Source: Basidioascus undulatus (Eukaryota). Taken from it: a stretch of 52,027 bases of DNA. Where the stretch lies: the NCBI GenBank assembly GCA_000826855.1, contig JTLS01000014.1, positions 1-52,027 on the forward strand. Reading direction: 5' to 3'. Position 1 is the first letter of the stretch; the number at the start of each line of letters is the position of its first letter. Of the stretch, positions 1 through 11,700 are shown piece by piece. Below the pieces are notes generated by a model that did no database searches, was not told where the DNA came from, and saw only the letters and a program-made list of their open reading frames with translations. The position numbers and the translations under genes were made by a program.

Positions 1-2309
1 AAACGCATCCTTCAGACAGCCATAGATTGGTCACTTGTCTGTTGTGTGTGTGCGTGTGCAACGAGGTCTACAGACCTTTCAGTCTTGCTGGCAGTCCAAG
101 GCAGTCTGGAAACTGTGGCAAAGGTAGACAAAGAACAAAAAGTTAGTCCTACTACGTTCCGGCGCAATTCGCCATCCAGTATTTTGTAGACTACTGCTAC
201 CCCGTGCTGGTGGTGCATCTTGGATTTTGCGATCGTTAAGGGACCACCCTTGCTTGCGGTCCAGGCGTTTGAGCTCAGCTTTGTTGCCCATGATCGGGCT
301 GGTCAAAAGCCGATCCTCCCGAAGGCGGTGGCGGCGACACTTCTACATGATGGGTCCGAGCACGAGGGTATGTCTAGTGACTGACTCGACAGGACGAACA
401 TGGGGAGAAGGATTGTGCTTCCCAACTAATGCGGTACTCCTTTTACAGAAGCGCCCTTACAGGGAAAGTGGGACTGTCGAGCTCGAGATCTTTAGGGAAC
501 GTGCAGAACGAAAGTTGAGGCCAAAATTCTGCACAGGCTGCAGATAATCATACAACTACTCACTGGCAAGACTCCTTTCGAAGCGTTAGGAGTGTCGGAG
601 GAGTACCCGTCTTCCGAGCTGCTGGCACGAAGAGTGACCCAGATCTCGCACCCTACATACAGTACGCTGGGTCCAAGTGTATATCTATGGACGCACTGAC
701 TGCCGAGGACGTCAATGGGGCGGGGAAGTTGGCAGACAACAACGAATTGAAAAGATACCGTCATCGCTACTCCCGTAATACAGCACATATATACCTACCT
801 CAGCTTCACCAAGCCGCCTGCAGGCTGTTGGTGGACAACTTCATCCCGCGGACCCCCTCCCGCTTGGCGTGCTCCATGGACTCTTCTGCCGGTATACAAC
901 ACTACTTCAGCATGTTGTCGATTTCTCATTAATGTCGCCCTCCGCCGAACGTGCTCTCCAGCGCCCCCCAGCCCAAAACGACACCCCCGAAAAACGCCGT
1001 CCCTTCCACCATGGCACGCGAGTTGGGTGTTGTTATAGAGGGGAGCTTCAGATGAGGGAGTCTCGCCCGACGAGCTGGTCAGAGATAAGCATCGCCCGTG
1101 AGACGCCAGTTGCCGTTAGATGGTATGCGTGAGCCTTGCTTACGGGCTTGCTTCGGGACGGCGTTCAGCGTAGCCAGGACGATCCGTGCAAGGTCCAATG
1201 AGGGCATGAGTGTTGAATTTCCTGAATGTGAGCGGTATGAGGACGAAGGGGAGCGGTGGCTGCAGCATCGTCGTTATCGAACATTCGGGTCGCTCACGAG
1301 TGCACCATCGTCATCCATCTTGAGTCACAAGGCATAGTCAGCTGCTGTCGTCTCGCGCGACGCTGACGCAGCAAGAAGCTGCAATAGTCGCTAAGCTTAT
1401 CCGTGCTTGCATATAGATTGTCTATCCAAAATCCGACAGTAAGGTCGACCGGTATTCTTGCGGTTGACTTACCGCAACACGCAGCCTGCACGCTGAGCTC
1501 AGCCAAACCCGGAAGCCAATTAAGAATTCCTCCTGCTCTGATCTCTTCAGAACTTGTCCCCAGGCAGTGCATATTAGGTCCTCTTCGAACAGAAGACGGA
1601 AAGACTGCCTGAGTCACTGTCGTTGGCAAGTCTGCATCAGTCAACTATCGCTGGATGTGTTGATGATAAAGTTCACCTCGTCCGGTCATACGCTGTCGTA
1701 TGACCGAATTTCAAAGTCTCAGAACAAATAGTCTTGCAAGCTTCGTTGTCCATCATCCACTGGTTCATCACTGCCAAATTTGCTTGCCTGGGCTTTTGGC
1801 CTCCTTGCGCTGCTCTGCCGAATGAAAGCCCTCAGGATTAAGTACCTAACAGGAACATAGGCCATTGTAGCCTTGGAGGTGTTTGAAATTAGCGGCGATC
1901 CCCTTCAATCACACGCAAAGGCAATCATTTGAAGAAAGCGGCAAGTTGGAAACAAAGCTTGCTGTGGTGGCCGCGGCACGCAACTCTTGAAGTGTGAGGT
2001 GTTTCTGCGTTGAGATGGGGTTGAAAAGGACAATAATACCGACAGGTAACTTGGAGTGTACAATTGCTTGAATCGAGACGAGAACAAGAGTTCGATGGAT
2101 CCGGCCGTCTGAGCCGACGACGTTCTTCACCTCCCCCGCGACTTATACCGCCCGTTCCGTCTTCTATTCCGTTGCCACCCTTCGGGAGTTTTCTGGTACT
2201 CAGGGCAATTTTCTCCGGACTGATCGAGGATGAAGAGGTTGCTTCTGGCTTTTGGCAGTCACTTCTGCCTGAGCGGCCAGGTAGCGCTTTCATATAAATT
2301 GAACATGAC

Positions 2310-3245
2310 ATGGAACCCATCCCAAACTCAACATGGCCAGAAACGGCGAGGCAACAGACGAGCCAACAACCGAATACAGCGCGGGTGCCGCCGCCGGGCG
2401 CGACCGGAGGAGGGAGCAACGACGAGCATCTTGAAGGTGATCCACGGATGCGCCCCTTCCCTTCGTCCGCCGCTTCCAGCCCTGCCATCGACCCCTTCCT
2501 CGTACGCATAGCCGCTTACACGATCTTCTCTACGGAATCAGTGAATCCTGGGGAGCGCTACGGCCCCAGCTCGACAACTATCACAACGCGACGCTATTCA
2601 CTGCGCCCAACGCTCTGATGCTCAGCCACGCGCGGAGCAGTGTCCGGCAGGCCATACAACCCAGCCCTCGCGTCTCGTTCCTGATCTTCTATAGCCCCGT
2701 CGATCCTTCGACTGGGCAGATGTGGAACGAGAACTGCCAACGGTGAGATTATTTGCTTTTTTAAGGGGATTCGGCATGCTGAAAAGTGCTGTGACGCAGC
2801 GTTGCTTCCGTCATGTCCCAGATGTTCGAGCCCGACGATGGACCCATCGGCGTGATTGTCTGGGTGGGTCAGAGGGACGAGTGGGCAGCACTTCCCCTAG
2901 CCATTCCAAATCGTGAGCTAATGCAAAGGCAATGCGTCACAGATGGGAATCCCCGCAAAACGTGTACCGACAACCAGCCTGGGACCTCCTGGCGCTACTC
3001 ACTATCATCCGGCACGGGCTGGTGATCCTCTCATTTCTTCTCCGGAATATTTTGCACTAAACGGTGTACGGCACAGGGAGTCGAGAAGGCTTGTGGGGCG
3101 TTTTTTGCAGGCTGCAAACTTTCGTTTCGCTGCGCTGGGTTGGGCGTCATGCATCTCTATGTGCACATCATCTGTCCCATTGCAATCAGTCGATTTAAAG
3201 GAAACCGCCAAACTGTATATTTTTCTCTCAACCCGAAACTGTTGA
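2310..3245 (+). CDS. TRP14/TXNDC17 (DUF953)-like thioredoxin-fold paralog with N-terminal extension and WNENC in place of WCPDC; 3' end uncertain, possibly decaying
   Basis: Exons 2310-2501 (MEPIP...AIDPFL) and 2570-2742 (LDNYHNATLFTAPNAL...SFLIFYSPVDPSTGQMWNENCQR), then VASVMSQMFEPDDGPIGVIVWVGQRDE and WESPQNVYRQPAW...TIIR. These align to the WCPDC gene at 33979 with shared intron positions. Last exon(s) ambiguous (DLKETAKLYIFL resembles EILDSAKLKAFL). Confidence 0.75.
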
Positions 3246-4262
3246 TCGAAGTGCGACGGCGTCTTGCCGTGCAATATCGGGAGCAATGCGCTGATGTCCG
3301 TCGCGAAAGCCAGCAGGAGCGCCATAGACTAAGTCCGCGGGCTGAGACCTTAGCTCCTGGATTCAGTAGAGCCACCAGCAAAGTCTACGGGTTGGGTTGA
3401 CTCCCATTTGTTTAGGCTGCTGTGACGACTCACAGCGGCCTGCATCGCGGCTTCCTCGTGTCATGGTATGTTCATTTGACCCGAGAACAGGAAACAGTAT
3501 TTAAAATAACACTTGTACATAATGCGCTCAGTTCCGTTTCGCTGATGCTCTCTGTATCGATATGCGGCGCGTCGGAAGGCTGCGTGGGGAGTTGATGCAG
3601 CCCAGAAGAAAATGGGCTTGATGTTCGACATATGTCTTCGATTACTCTTCCTTAAATCTATAACGATCTCGTTCTTGACTTGTGTTGGACCCCAAGCGGA
3701 GTAGCTGCTCTCAGTCCCCGCGGCCGATGGAGCTCAGGAGCCAGGCGGGGGTGCACATCCAATGCAACGCAAGCATGCATACGAAGAACAGGGAAAGAGT
3801 GACTAGGGGAGGCCGCATGTGCTGAATATCGCACGTTATAATAATAGATGTGTTTGCACCAGGTCTCCATGAGCGAGCATACGACGAGCATGCGGAAATG
3901 CGCAGCCGCAGGATAGCGTACTCCTCTGGTCGTCTTTTAGTCCATCCGATACGCCTGTACCACGTTCTGCCGTGCTATACAACCGCTCATCAACCTTCTC
4001 TCCTTCAAAGTGCATGCTCTCCCGAAGCGTGTCGGCTTCTTCCACTCTCGCCATCCCTCAACGAGCATGTGGATGTGCGCAGCGACGGTGTGGACTGGGC
4101 TCAGCTGCATTGCACTCACCTGCGGGAGAAGTGTACTCTCGCATGCACAACAGCTGGTGAACCGCAGGTATTTAAGAGCCGGCTCTTGCCTGTCTTCCTC
4201 TGCAGCCAACGACCCCCTTCTGTTCTTCTTCACGCATTCGCCCCTCACGCCTTCAAACCAAC

Positions 4263-5013
4263 ATGCGCTTTACCCTCGCCTCCGCCGCCGCTGTGCTCGC
4301 CTGCGCCGCAACCCTCGCCCCGCAGACCCTGAAGTCGGAATGGCCTGCTACATCAAGTTTGAGAGGGCTAGCATGGATGGGATTCGTAAGCGCGAACAAC
4401 CGCGCCAGTTCGAGCCCCGCCAGGCAACGGGCGAGGGAAACGACCATGGCAGGGGCACCGTGTTCTCGAACGGGTACCACCTCGAGCTCGACGCGTAGAT
4501 CTACGACCCCTCTGGGCAGGAGATTGGGAGGAAGACAAACTCTGGTCCCAATGTGTGGACCACCATTGGGGTGTCCCGCTCGATTCAAGGTATGGCATGC
4601 AACGATGTTCAGGTGCCCGATCCACTGGAGAGCTGACAGCTTCCTGTAATACCAAACAGGCTACAACGACGTGAGCCTCGAGCCGAAAGGCTGTGGAAGC
4701 TTTGGCCGTCGTGTCTTCGTTTCTGCTCAAACATCAGAGCCTGCTTTTTCCCTAACATGTACGGACGCGTCTTCTCCAATTCAGACAGGACGGTGCGCCC
4801 TGCGAATCCGTCCAGGTACGTTTCCTCCCCCGCCCTCTCCCTCGTGTTCCTCTCCCTCCGAAACTCCTAAGGCGGCACTTTGAGATAGACGACACGGCGG
4901 ACCCCAATCCCAACACGTGGCAAGTGCAACCAGCGCGACACCCATGACTCGGACTGGGATGGCTTGTCCTCGAGCGCAGGGAGCACCTACCCTCTGCGGG
5001 TTTCAGTTGCTGA
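4263..5013 (+). pseudogene. Decayed small secreted cysteine-containing protein
   Basis: Signal-peptide-like MRFTLASAAAVLACAATLA, a frameshift in a C-run near 4320, an in-frame TAG at 4496-4498 (LELDA*IYDPSGQEIG), further GT-AG bounded exons (GYNDVSLEP; GKCNQRD...DWDG) and an end resembling CGFSC*. Confidence 0.5.
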
Positions 5014-5780
5014 ACAATATGTGGGATATTTGAATTTGCGAGCAATATCTTGATTGCTCCTTCAGCTTGAGACGACTTGCCGTTGCAGATTGTCGATCTT
5101 GTCCCCTGGCGGGTTGTCGTCCAACGCCCTGCTCTTCGATGAAGATCCAAGTCCGATAATCCGTGTTCTATACTTCTACGTTCAAGTAAGTTGTTAAAAC
5201 TTTGGCGTGTAAAAGTTGGTTGAGCAACGCTTTCGCAATATGTGACCGCGACTTCGACTTGCACGCAGGAACAATCCTCAGTTAACCCCTTGGACGGTAA
5301 ATCTTAAGCTTTCAAATGTTAAAAAGGGGATTCGAGTTTTCTGAATATTTGTGCATTGCGCCGTGAGGAACCTCCCCAAAGTGTTCACCGTGAAAAGAAA
5401 TGCACATCACATGGCACCTTGTCTGCAGTGAAAGTCGGGTGCACGTCGACGTGCTATTGGGCGTGCTTGCATGTTTGTCCTGCGGTTTTTTTAAGTTTTG
5501 TTAACTGTAATTACCGCTTTGTCTACATCACTACTTCCGGGCAACATCGCCGACACAGCGGGGCGGGACCTGTCCGCCAACTTCCTAGACTGTGTTGAGC
5601 GCCAGATCCGCGGACGCCCTTGTTCTGGCCGCGCCCCGCCTCCCGGGCCGAACGATGATCGCGCGTCGCTCCCTCGCCCTGACCTTGACCCTCACCGCTC
5701 CTGTACTTGCCCTTTGCTCCCATCCTACACCACAAAAAGCGCCCAGTCGAATAACGAGTCAACCGGTGCTGCAAGCCGCG

Positions 5781-8700
5781 ATGGCGACGTCGAGGGAGGC
5801 GCTCAAGCGCGGCTTCAGCTTATGAGTCTCCCTCTTGGAGCCGTGCTCATCCTCGAGAGTATCAAAGGCTGACGCTGGCGGGATTGGGCGCGATTACAGC
5901 GCACCAGAGGGTTGTGCTCGAGCTGGACTTCTCGGGACATCTGAGGGTACGCTGGGCTTAGTGGTGGGTGCTCAGGAGCGCTGGGCTGAAGATGGAGACA
6001 TGGCGCCACAGGGCTTCACCGAACTCACCGTCACGCCCGTCTCGGACGCGCTCAGGACGGTCCATATTCATTCGAGGCAGGCCCGTGAGTCAACCATCAC
6101 ATGAGGCTCCAGATTGCTCGGCGGAGGCTGCTCTGCTGGGGAGACTGTGATACTGAATCACGAGCCCCACCATCCGCCAGACATCCACCGCGTCCTCGTC
6201 ACGCCGCCCACCCTCCCCTCGACCGCCGCGCCCCTCCCCGCCGAGTTCTCCCACAGCGACCCCCTCCAACACATCACCCTCTCCGAGACCGAGGGCAAGG
6301 TCGACGTTCACCGGCATACCGAGATCAAGCGCAAGGTCTTCTCAGCTCTGGCCGAGGGCGAGGAGGGCGAGCTCAGCATTGCGCTTCCGCCGAATTGCGT
6401 GGTCCGGGGTGCTAGTGATGGAGGTCAACGTGCGTCTATGGTCCTTCGGAGTATGGGTTGTATGGCGGGGCTGATGGAGGTCCGGGTCTGTAGCGAACTC
6501 CCCTCTTCCTGGAACGCCCTCCGCTCAGGCGGCCAGCTCTGCGCAAGAGTTTGCACCTATTACAATTACGATCGAGTTCTCCGTCTCGAATCCGTCGGAA
6601 GGCGTCCAGTTCATCAAGCCTTCCGAGGCGTCGCCCTATGTGCGCTGCGCTCACAGTGTCGTTTCGTTACCTTTTGCCTCTTCTGACCCCGCTGTTTGCA
6701 GCGCGTCCCTCACCTCTACACCGCCTCCACCTGCCCCGATTTCGCGCGCTGCTGGGTCCCCTGCGTAGACAGCTTATGGGAGCGCTGCACTTGGGAGCTC
6801 GAGTTCATTGTGCCGCGCTTCCTGCGCGCCGAAGACGACGAGGGCCACGACGAGGAGGCGGACGAGCCGATTGTTGTTGTGGCCAGTGGGGAGTTGATCG
6901 AGCAGGTGCGTAAGCTCTGGATCCGCTGATGAAAAGCGGGGAAAGGCTGAGCTGGTTGGGACTTCAGGTCGCCCACCCGAGCAACTCGACGAAGACTATC
7001 TTCCACTACTCGCAGTCGCTGCCGACTTCCGTCCAGCACATCGCCTTCGCCGCAGGCCCGTTCGAAGTTCTTCCCCTCACCTCCTCCATCTCGACCTCCT
7101 CCACGTCTCTATACGCCTTCGCCCTTCCCGGCTCCTCGTCCTCCCTCTCCGCCTCGACCTCCGTCATCCCCCGTGCTCTCGCCTTCTACTCCTCCGAGCA
7201 TGGCTCTTACCCCTTTTCTTCGTTCAAAACCGTCTTCGTTCACGACCCGCCCGCGCCGGTCCACACCGCCGCGACGCTCGTCCTCCTCAGCACGGACCTC
7301 CTGCACCCGCCCTCGGCGATCGAGCAGGCGCTCGAGACGCGGCACGTCCTCGCGCAGGCGCTCGCGACGCAGTGGAGCGGCATCAACATCGTCCCGCGCA
7401 CGTGGGCAGACGTGTGGATCGTCCAGGGCCTCGCGAGTTACATCGCGGCGCTCTTCCTCAAGAAGACGATGGGCAACAACGAGTTCCGGTTCAGGATGAA
7501 GAAGGACATGGATCGCGTCGCCATGACGGACACGGGTCGCCTCCCGCCGCTCTGCGTCCCCAACGCGCTCGAACCGCCAAACGACGCGGACGCGCCGTTC
7601 CTCGCGCTCAAGGCGCCCCTCATTCTCCACATCCTCGACCGCCGCCTCGCGAAGTCCGGCACGTCCCACGGCCTCAGCCGCGTCATCCCAAAGATCTTCC
7701 TCGGCGCGCTCAGCGGCGACGTCGCCCTCAGCACGCACCACTTTCTCCGCGTCTGCCGCAAGGTCTCGGGCGTCGACCTCCGCCAGTTCGCGGACCAGTG
7801 GATCTACGGCTCCGGCTGCCCGCACTTCTCTGTCGCCGCGCACTTCAATCGGAAGAAGATGTGCGTCGAGATGAGCGTCAGGCAGGAGTCGCCCGCTGTG
7901 GGAATGCTAGGGGAGGGCACGCCCGAGGCGCACGCGATGCGTCCGGTGCAGGTCTTCGAGGTGCGTCTGCGTCTGCTGGGGAATCGGCTTCTCCGCGTCC
8001 TCTGATCAGCACTGATACAAGCGCACGCTGCGTTCACGCCCAACAGGGTCAGATGACGATCCGGATTCACGAAGCGGACGGGACGCCGTACGAGCACGTC
8101 CTCGACATCCGCGACCCGTTCAAGCGCTTCGACGTCCCCTTCAACACGAAGTACAAACGTGTCCGACGGAACACGAAGCGGTTCCAAGCGCGGCAGGCTG
8201 CGGCCGCGGCGGCCGCGCAGGGCGACGAGGAGGCTGCGGAGGCGATCGGCATGATCGACCTGGGGTTCGGGCTCGGGCTGTGGGAGGAGGAGGCCGAACG
8301 CGAGCGCTGGCGCGTCGAGGACTGGACGGAGGAGGACGAGGTCACCATGGGCCAGGCGACGTACGAGTGGATCCGCGTCGATGCCGACTTCGAGTGGATC
8401 GCACAGATCCGGTTCGAGCAACCGGACTTCATGTGGGTGTCCCAGCTGCAGAGGGACAGGGACGTCGTAGCGCAGCTTGAGGTGCGTGCGCGGCGGTATA
8501 TGTGCTCGCTTGAAACCACTTGGCCGACGGTCATATGCAGGCCGTACATGCCCTCGCCGCCAAGCCGACGAAGCTCGTCTCTAGCATGCTCACCCGCACG
8601 GTGCTCGTCACCAACTACTTCTTCCGCATCCGAATGGAAGCGGCGATGGCGTTGCAGAGGGTGCGTACTGTCTCTTTCGCGTTGTTTCCGCACGGCGTTC

Positions 8701-11700
8701 TGACGGATCCCCGCGTCAACAGTGCGCGATCCCCGAGCTCGAGTTTATCGGCCTCTTCCACCTCTTCAAGATCTTCCAGACCCGCTGGTGCTACCCGCCC
8801 GAGCACGAGACGCACGACCCCTTCGGCTTCCGCTGTATCCCGCTCGCGAACGACTTTGAGGACTTTACCGAGTACTTCCTCCGCAAGGTGCGTCTGACGA
8901 ATCTGCTGCTGCCCGTCGTGATGAAGTGCCTGTATGCTGATGCTCTGGGGCTGATCGATCGCGCAGAGTGTCATCTCAACCCTCTCGCATGTCCGCGACG
9001 AGAATGGGCGGACGTTCCCTCAGATCCGCCAGTTCCTCATCGACCTCCTCCAGTACAACGACAACTCGGCCAATCGCGTATGCTTTCCCATCTTCTCATC
9101 CTACCGCAGCCTCAACGTTTCTGACAGCTGCGTTTCGTGGGATTGCTCAGTACTCCGACAGCTACTATCTCGCGACCGTGATCAACTGCCTGGCGTCAGC
9201 CATCGTGCCCACCATCCACCACGAGACGAGTCTCCTGCTCGACGACGTCGACCCCGACGCGGACGACGCACAGGGACTCGAGCTCAAGCGCGCGGCGCTC
9301 GAGGAGGTCGAGAGATACATGGGCATGGACCGCCTCGTGCCGTCTTTCCAGAACGTCGTCACCATCGCCGGGATGCAGGTCCGTCGCTTGATCCATCAAT
9401 CTACAAACGCACCGGCATTTCCGTCTGACATGTTTTTCGACAGTTCAACCTCAAGCTCATGCTCGCCGGTCAGATACCCAATGACGGAAAGCTGTTCCTG
9501 CCGTACACCCGGTTAGTTTCGGCCGCGATCTGTGAGAGGGAGAAAAGACACGAACTGACTCGGTGCGCTTTTAGCGAGGGCAACTATCCTCCGGTTCGCA
9601 CGATGGCGTTCGACAGCCTGCTCCTGCTCGGCGCGATCCGCTACAAGCCGCTGATCCAGTACATGACGGCGGTGTTGGCGTACGACGAGTCGCGCACGGT
9701 GCGCCGCCGGCTCGCGCAGAGCATGTGCGAGGCTATTGTCGTCCTCCTCGCGACGGGCGACATCGCGGCGGTGAACAAGAAGGAGGCGACGTTGATCGAG
9801 GAAGAGGCACAGCTCGCTCAAGCTCAGGCGAAGGCGCCTACTGCCAAGAGCGAGACGGAGAAGATGATCAAGGGCGTGCGGAAGGAGCTCGGCAAGATCG
9901 CGAGTCTCCGCGCGGGTATCATGAACGTCTTGCTGTACGTTGTTCATTCTAGCTTTTCCGAAGAAGGAGGATGAGGTCGAGCTGACGTGCTTGGGCGATC
10001 ATAGCGCTCCTGACGCCGACTACGAGATTCGCTGGACGCTACTCAAGCTCGCGGACATCCTCTACAAGGGCCACGCCGAGCCGCCTCCCCGCGTCTTTAT
10101 CCACCTCCCGCCGACGCCCGCGACCGAGGCTCCGCCGCTCTCGGCGACGTTGCCGAAGATCCGCTTGTCGGTCAGCGGCGAGGCCGGCCGTGCGGAGTCA
10201 CCCAAGCCGTTCAGTGCGTCTAACATGTATTGCGTTGAAGCTCAGCGTTCCCGAAAACTGACCACCCTTAATCACTCGCAGCCTTCGAACAACCACTTCC
10301 AACCCCGACAATCAAGCTCAAGCAGGCCGCCGTCCCCGCCGTCCCCAAGGTCTCAGCGCCCCCGCCTGTCCCCGCGCGTGCGCCCGCGCCCGTCGTGCCG
10401 TCTCTTCCAACTCCGGCCAAGAAGAAGAAGGAGAAGCCCGTCCCACAGGCGCAGCGCGCGGGCATGACGGCTACGGACGTGAGCGCGTGCCGCGCGACGC
10501 ACAAGAAGCTCGTCAACCACAAGTCGGCGATCTGGTTCCACCAGGCCGTCGACCCGATTCGCGATGGCGCTCCGAAGTGCGTGTGCTTTCTGCTTTACAA
10601 GCGTAGATCTGCATCAGGGTAGTGAAGTTGACTGACGATGGTGGTGCTGCCGGCAGTTACTTCGAGATCATCAAGAACCCAATGGACCTGTCGACGATGT
10701 CCGCCAAGCTCGAAGGCGGCCTTTACAAGGACCGCTTCGCGTTCGAGGCCGACTTCAAGCTCATCATCAAGAACGCGCTTACCTACAACGCCGGCGAGAA
10801 CCCCGTCAGCGCCGCTGCGAAGGAGCTCGACGAGTTTTTCGACAAGCGTACGTTCTTTATCTTCTCCTCCAGAACGTTGCTACAAATGATTGATAGTCTG
10901 CTTGTGACGACGAACGTTTGTGACCCACAGAATGGCAGCGCGTTGCGAAGACGCTCGAAAGCCGAAATGCAGGCGGAGCACCGCAGCCCGCACCCGCGCA
11001 GCCTGCCTCGCAGCCAGCGCCTCGCCCATTCCCCATCGCGCCACCGCCCACGCCGTCAACTTCCACACTCCCGTCTGTATCCCCTACTCCCTCGCAGCCC
11101 GCCCCTACGCTCGCCGTAGCCCCCGCCCCTACGCTCGCCGTAGCCCCCGCGCTGGCGAAGCCGTCAATCTCGCTCAAGCTCAAGGCGCCGAAGCCTCCGA
11201 CTGCGCCCAAGCCCGAGGCATCGCCGCCGAAACCGAAAAAGGTCAAGCTCGCGAAACCGCCAGCGCCAGCGCCGCCACCGGAGCCGAGCGTCGACGACCT
11301 CCTCGCTGCCGAAGCGCACGTTCCCCCGCCGGCGCCGGTACCGAAACCGCCGAAGAAACACAAGCGCCCGGCCGAGCCGAGCGCGGACGATCTCCTGGCT
11401 GAGGAGGTCAGCGCGATGGAGGCCGGAAGCGCGTCGCCGCCGAAGCGCGAGAAGAGCAAAGAGAAGGAGCGAGAGAAGAGCAAAGAGAAGGAGCGCGAGA
11501 AGAGCAAAGAGAAGGAGCGCGAGCGAGACAAGCCGCCAAAGGAGAAGAGCAGCAAGAAGAAGGACGGCGTGGTGGCTGCAGCCGTGCCGAGCGCGCCGAC
11601 TGCGCCGTCGGCGTCCCTCCCTCCTGTACCAACGTCTTCAAGCGCAGCCAGCGTAACACGCGCCCCGTCAGAAGCACCTTCGGCTGGCTCCGGCTCGCGT

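Noticed and set aside
1..2200. Possible gene or transposon relic at the left edge
   Set aside because: Only short, stop-riddled frames with no recognisable motif or terminal repeat.
5822..5897. U12 (minor spliceosome) intron
   Set aside because: The donor is ATGAGT, not ATATCCT, and there is no TCCTTAAC branch. The signals are U2-like.
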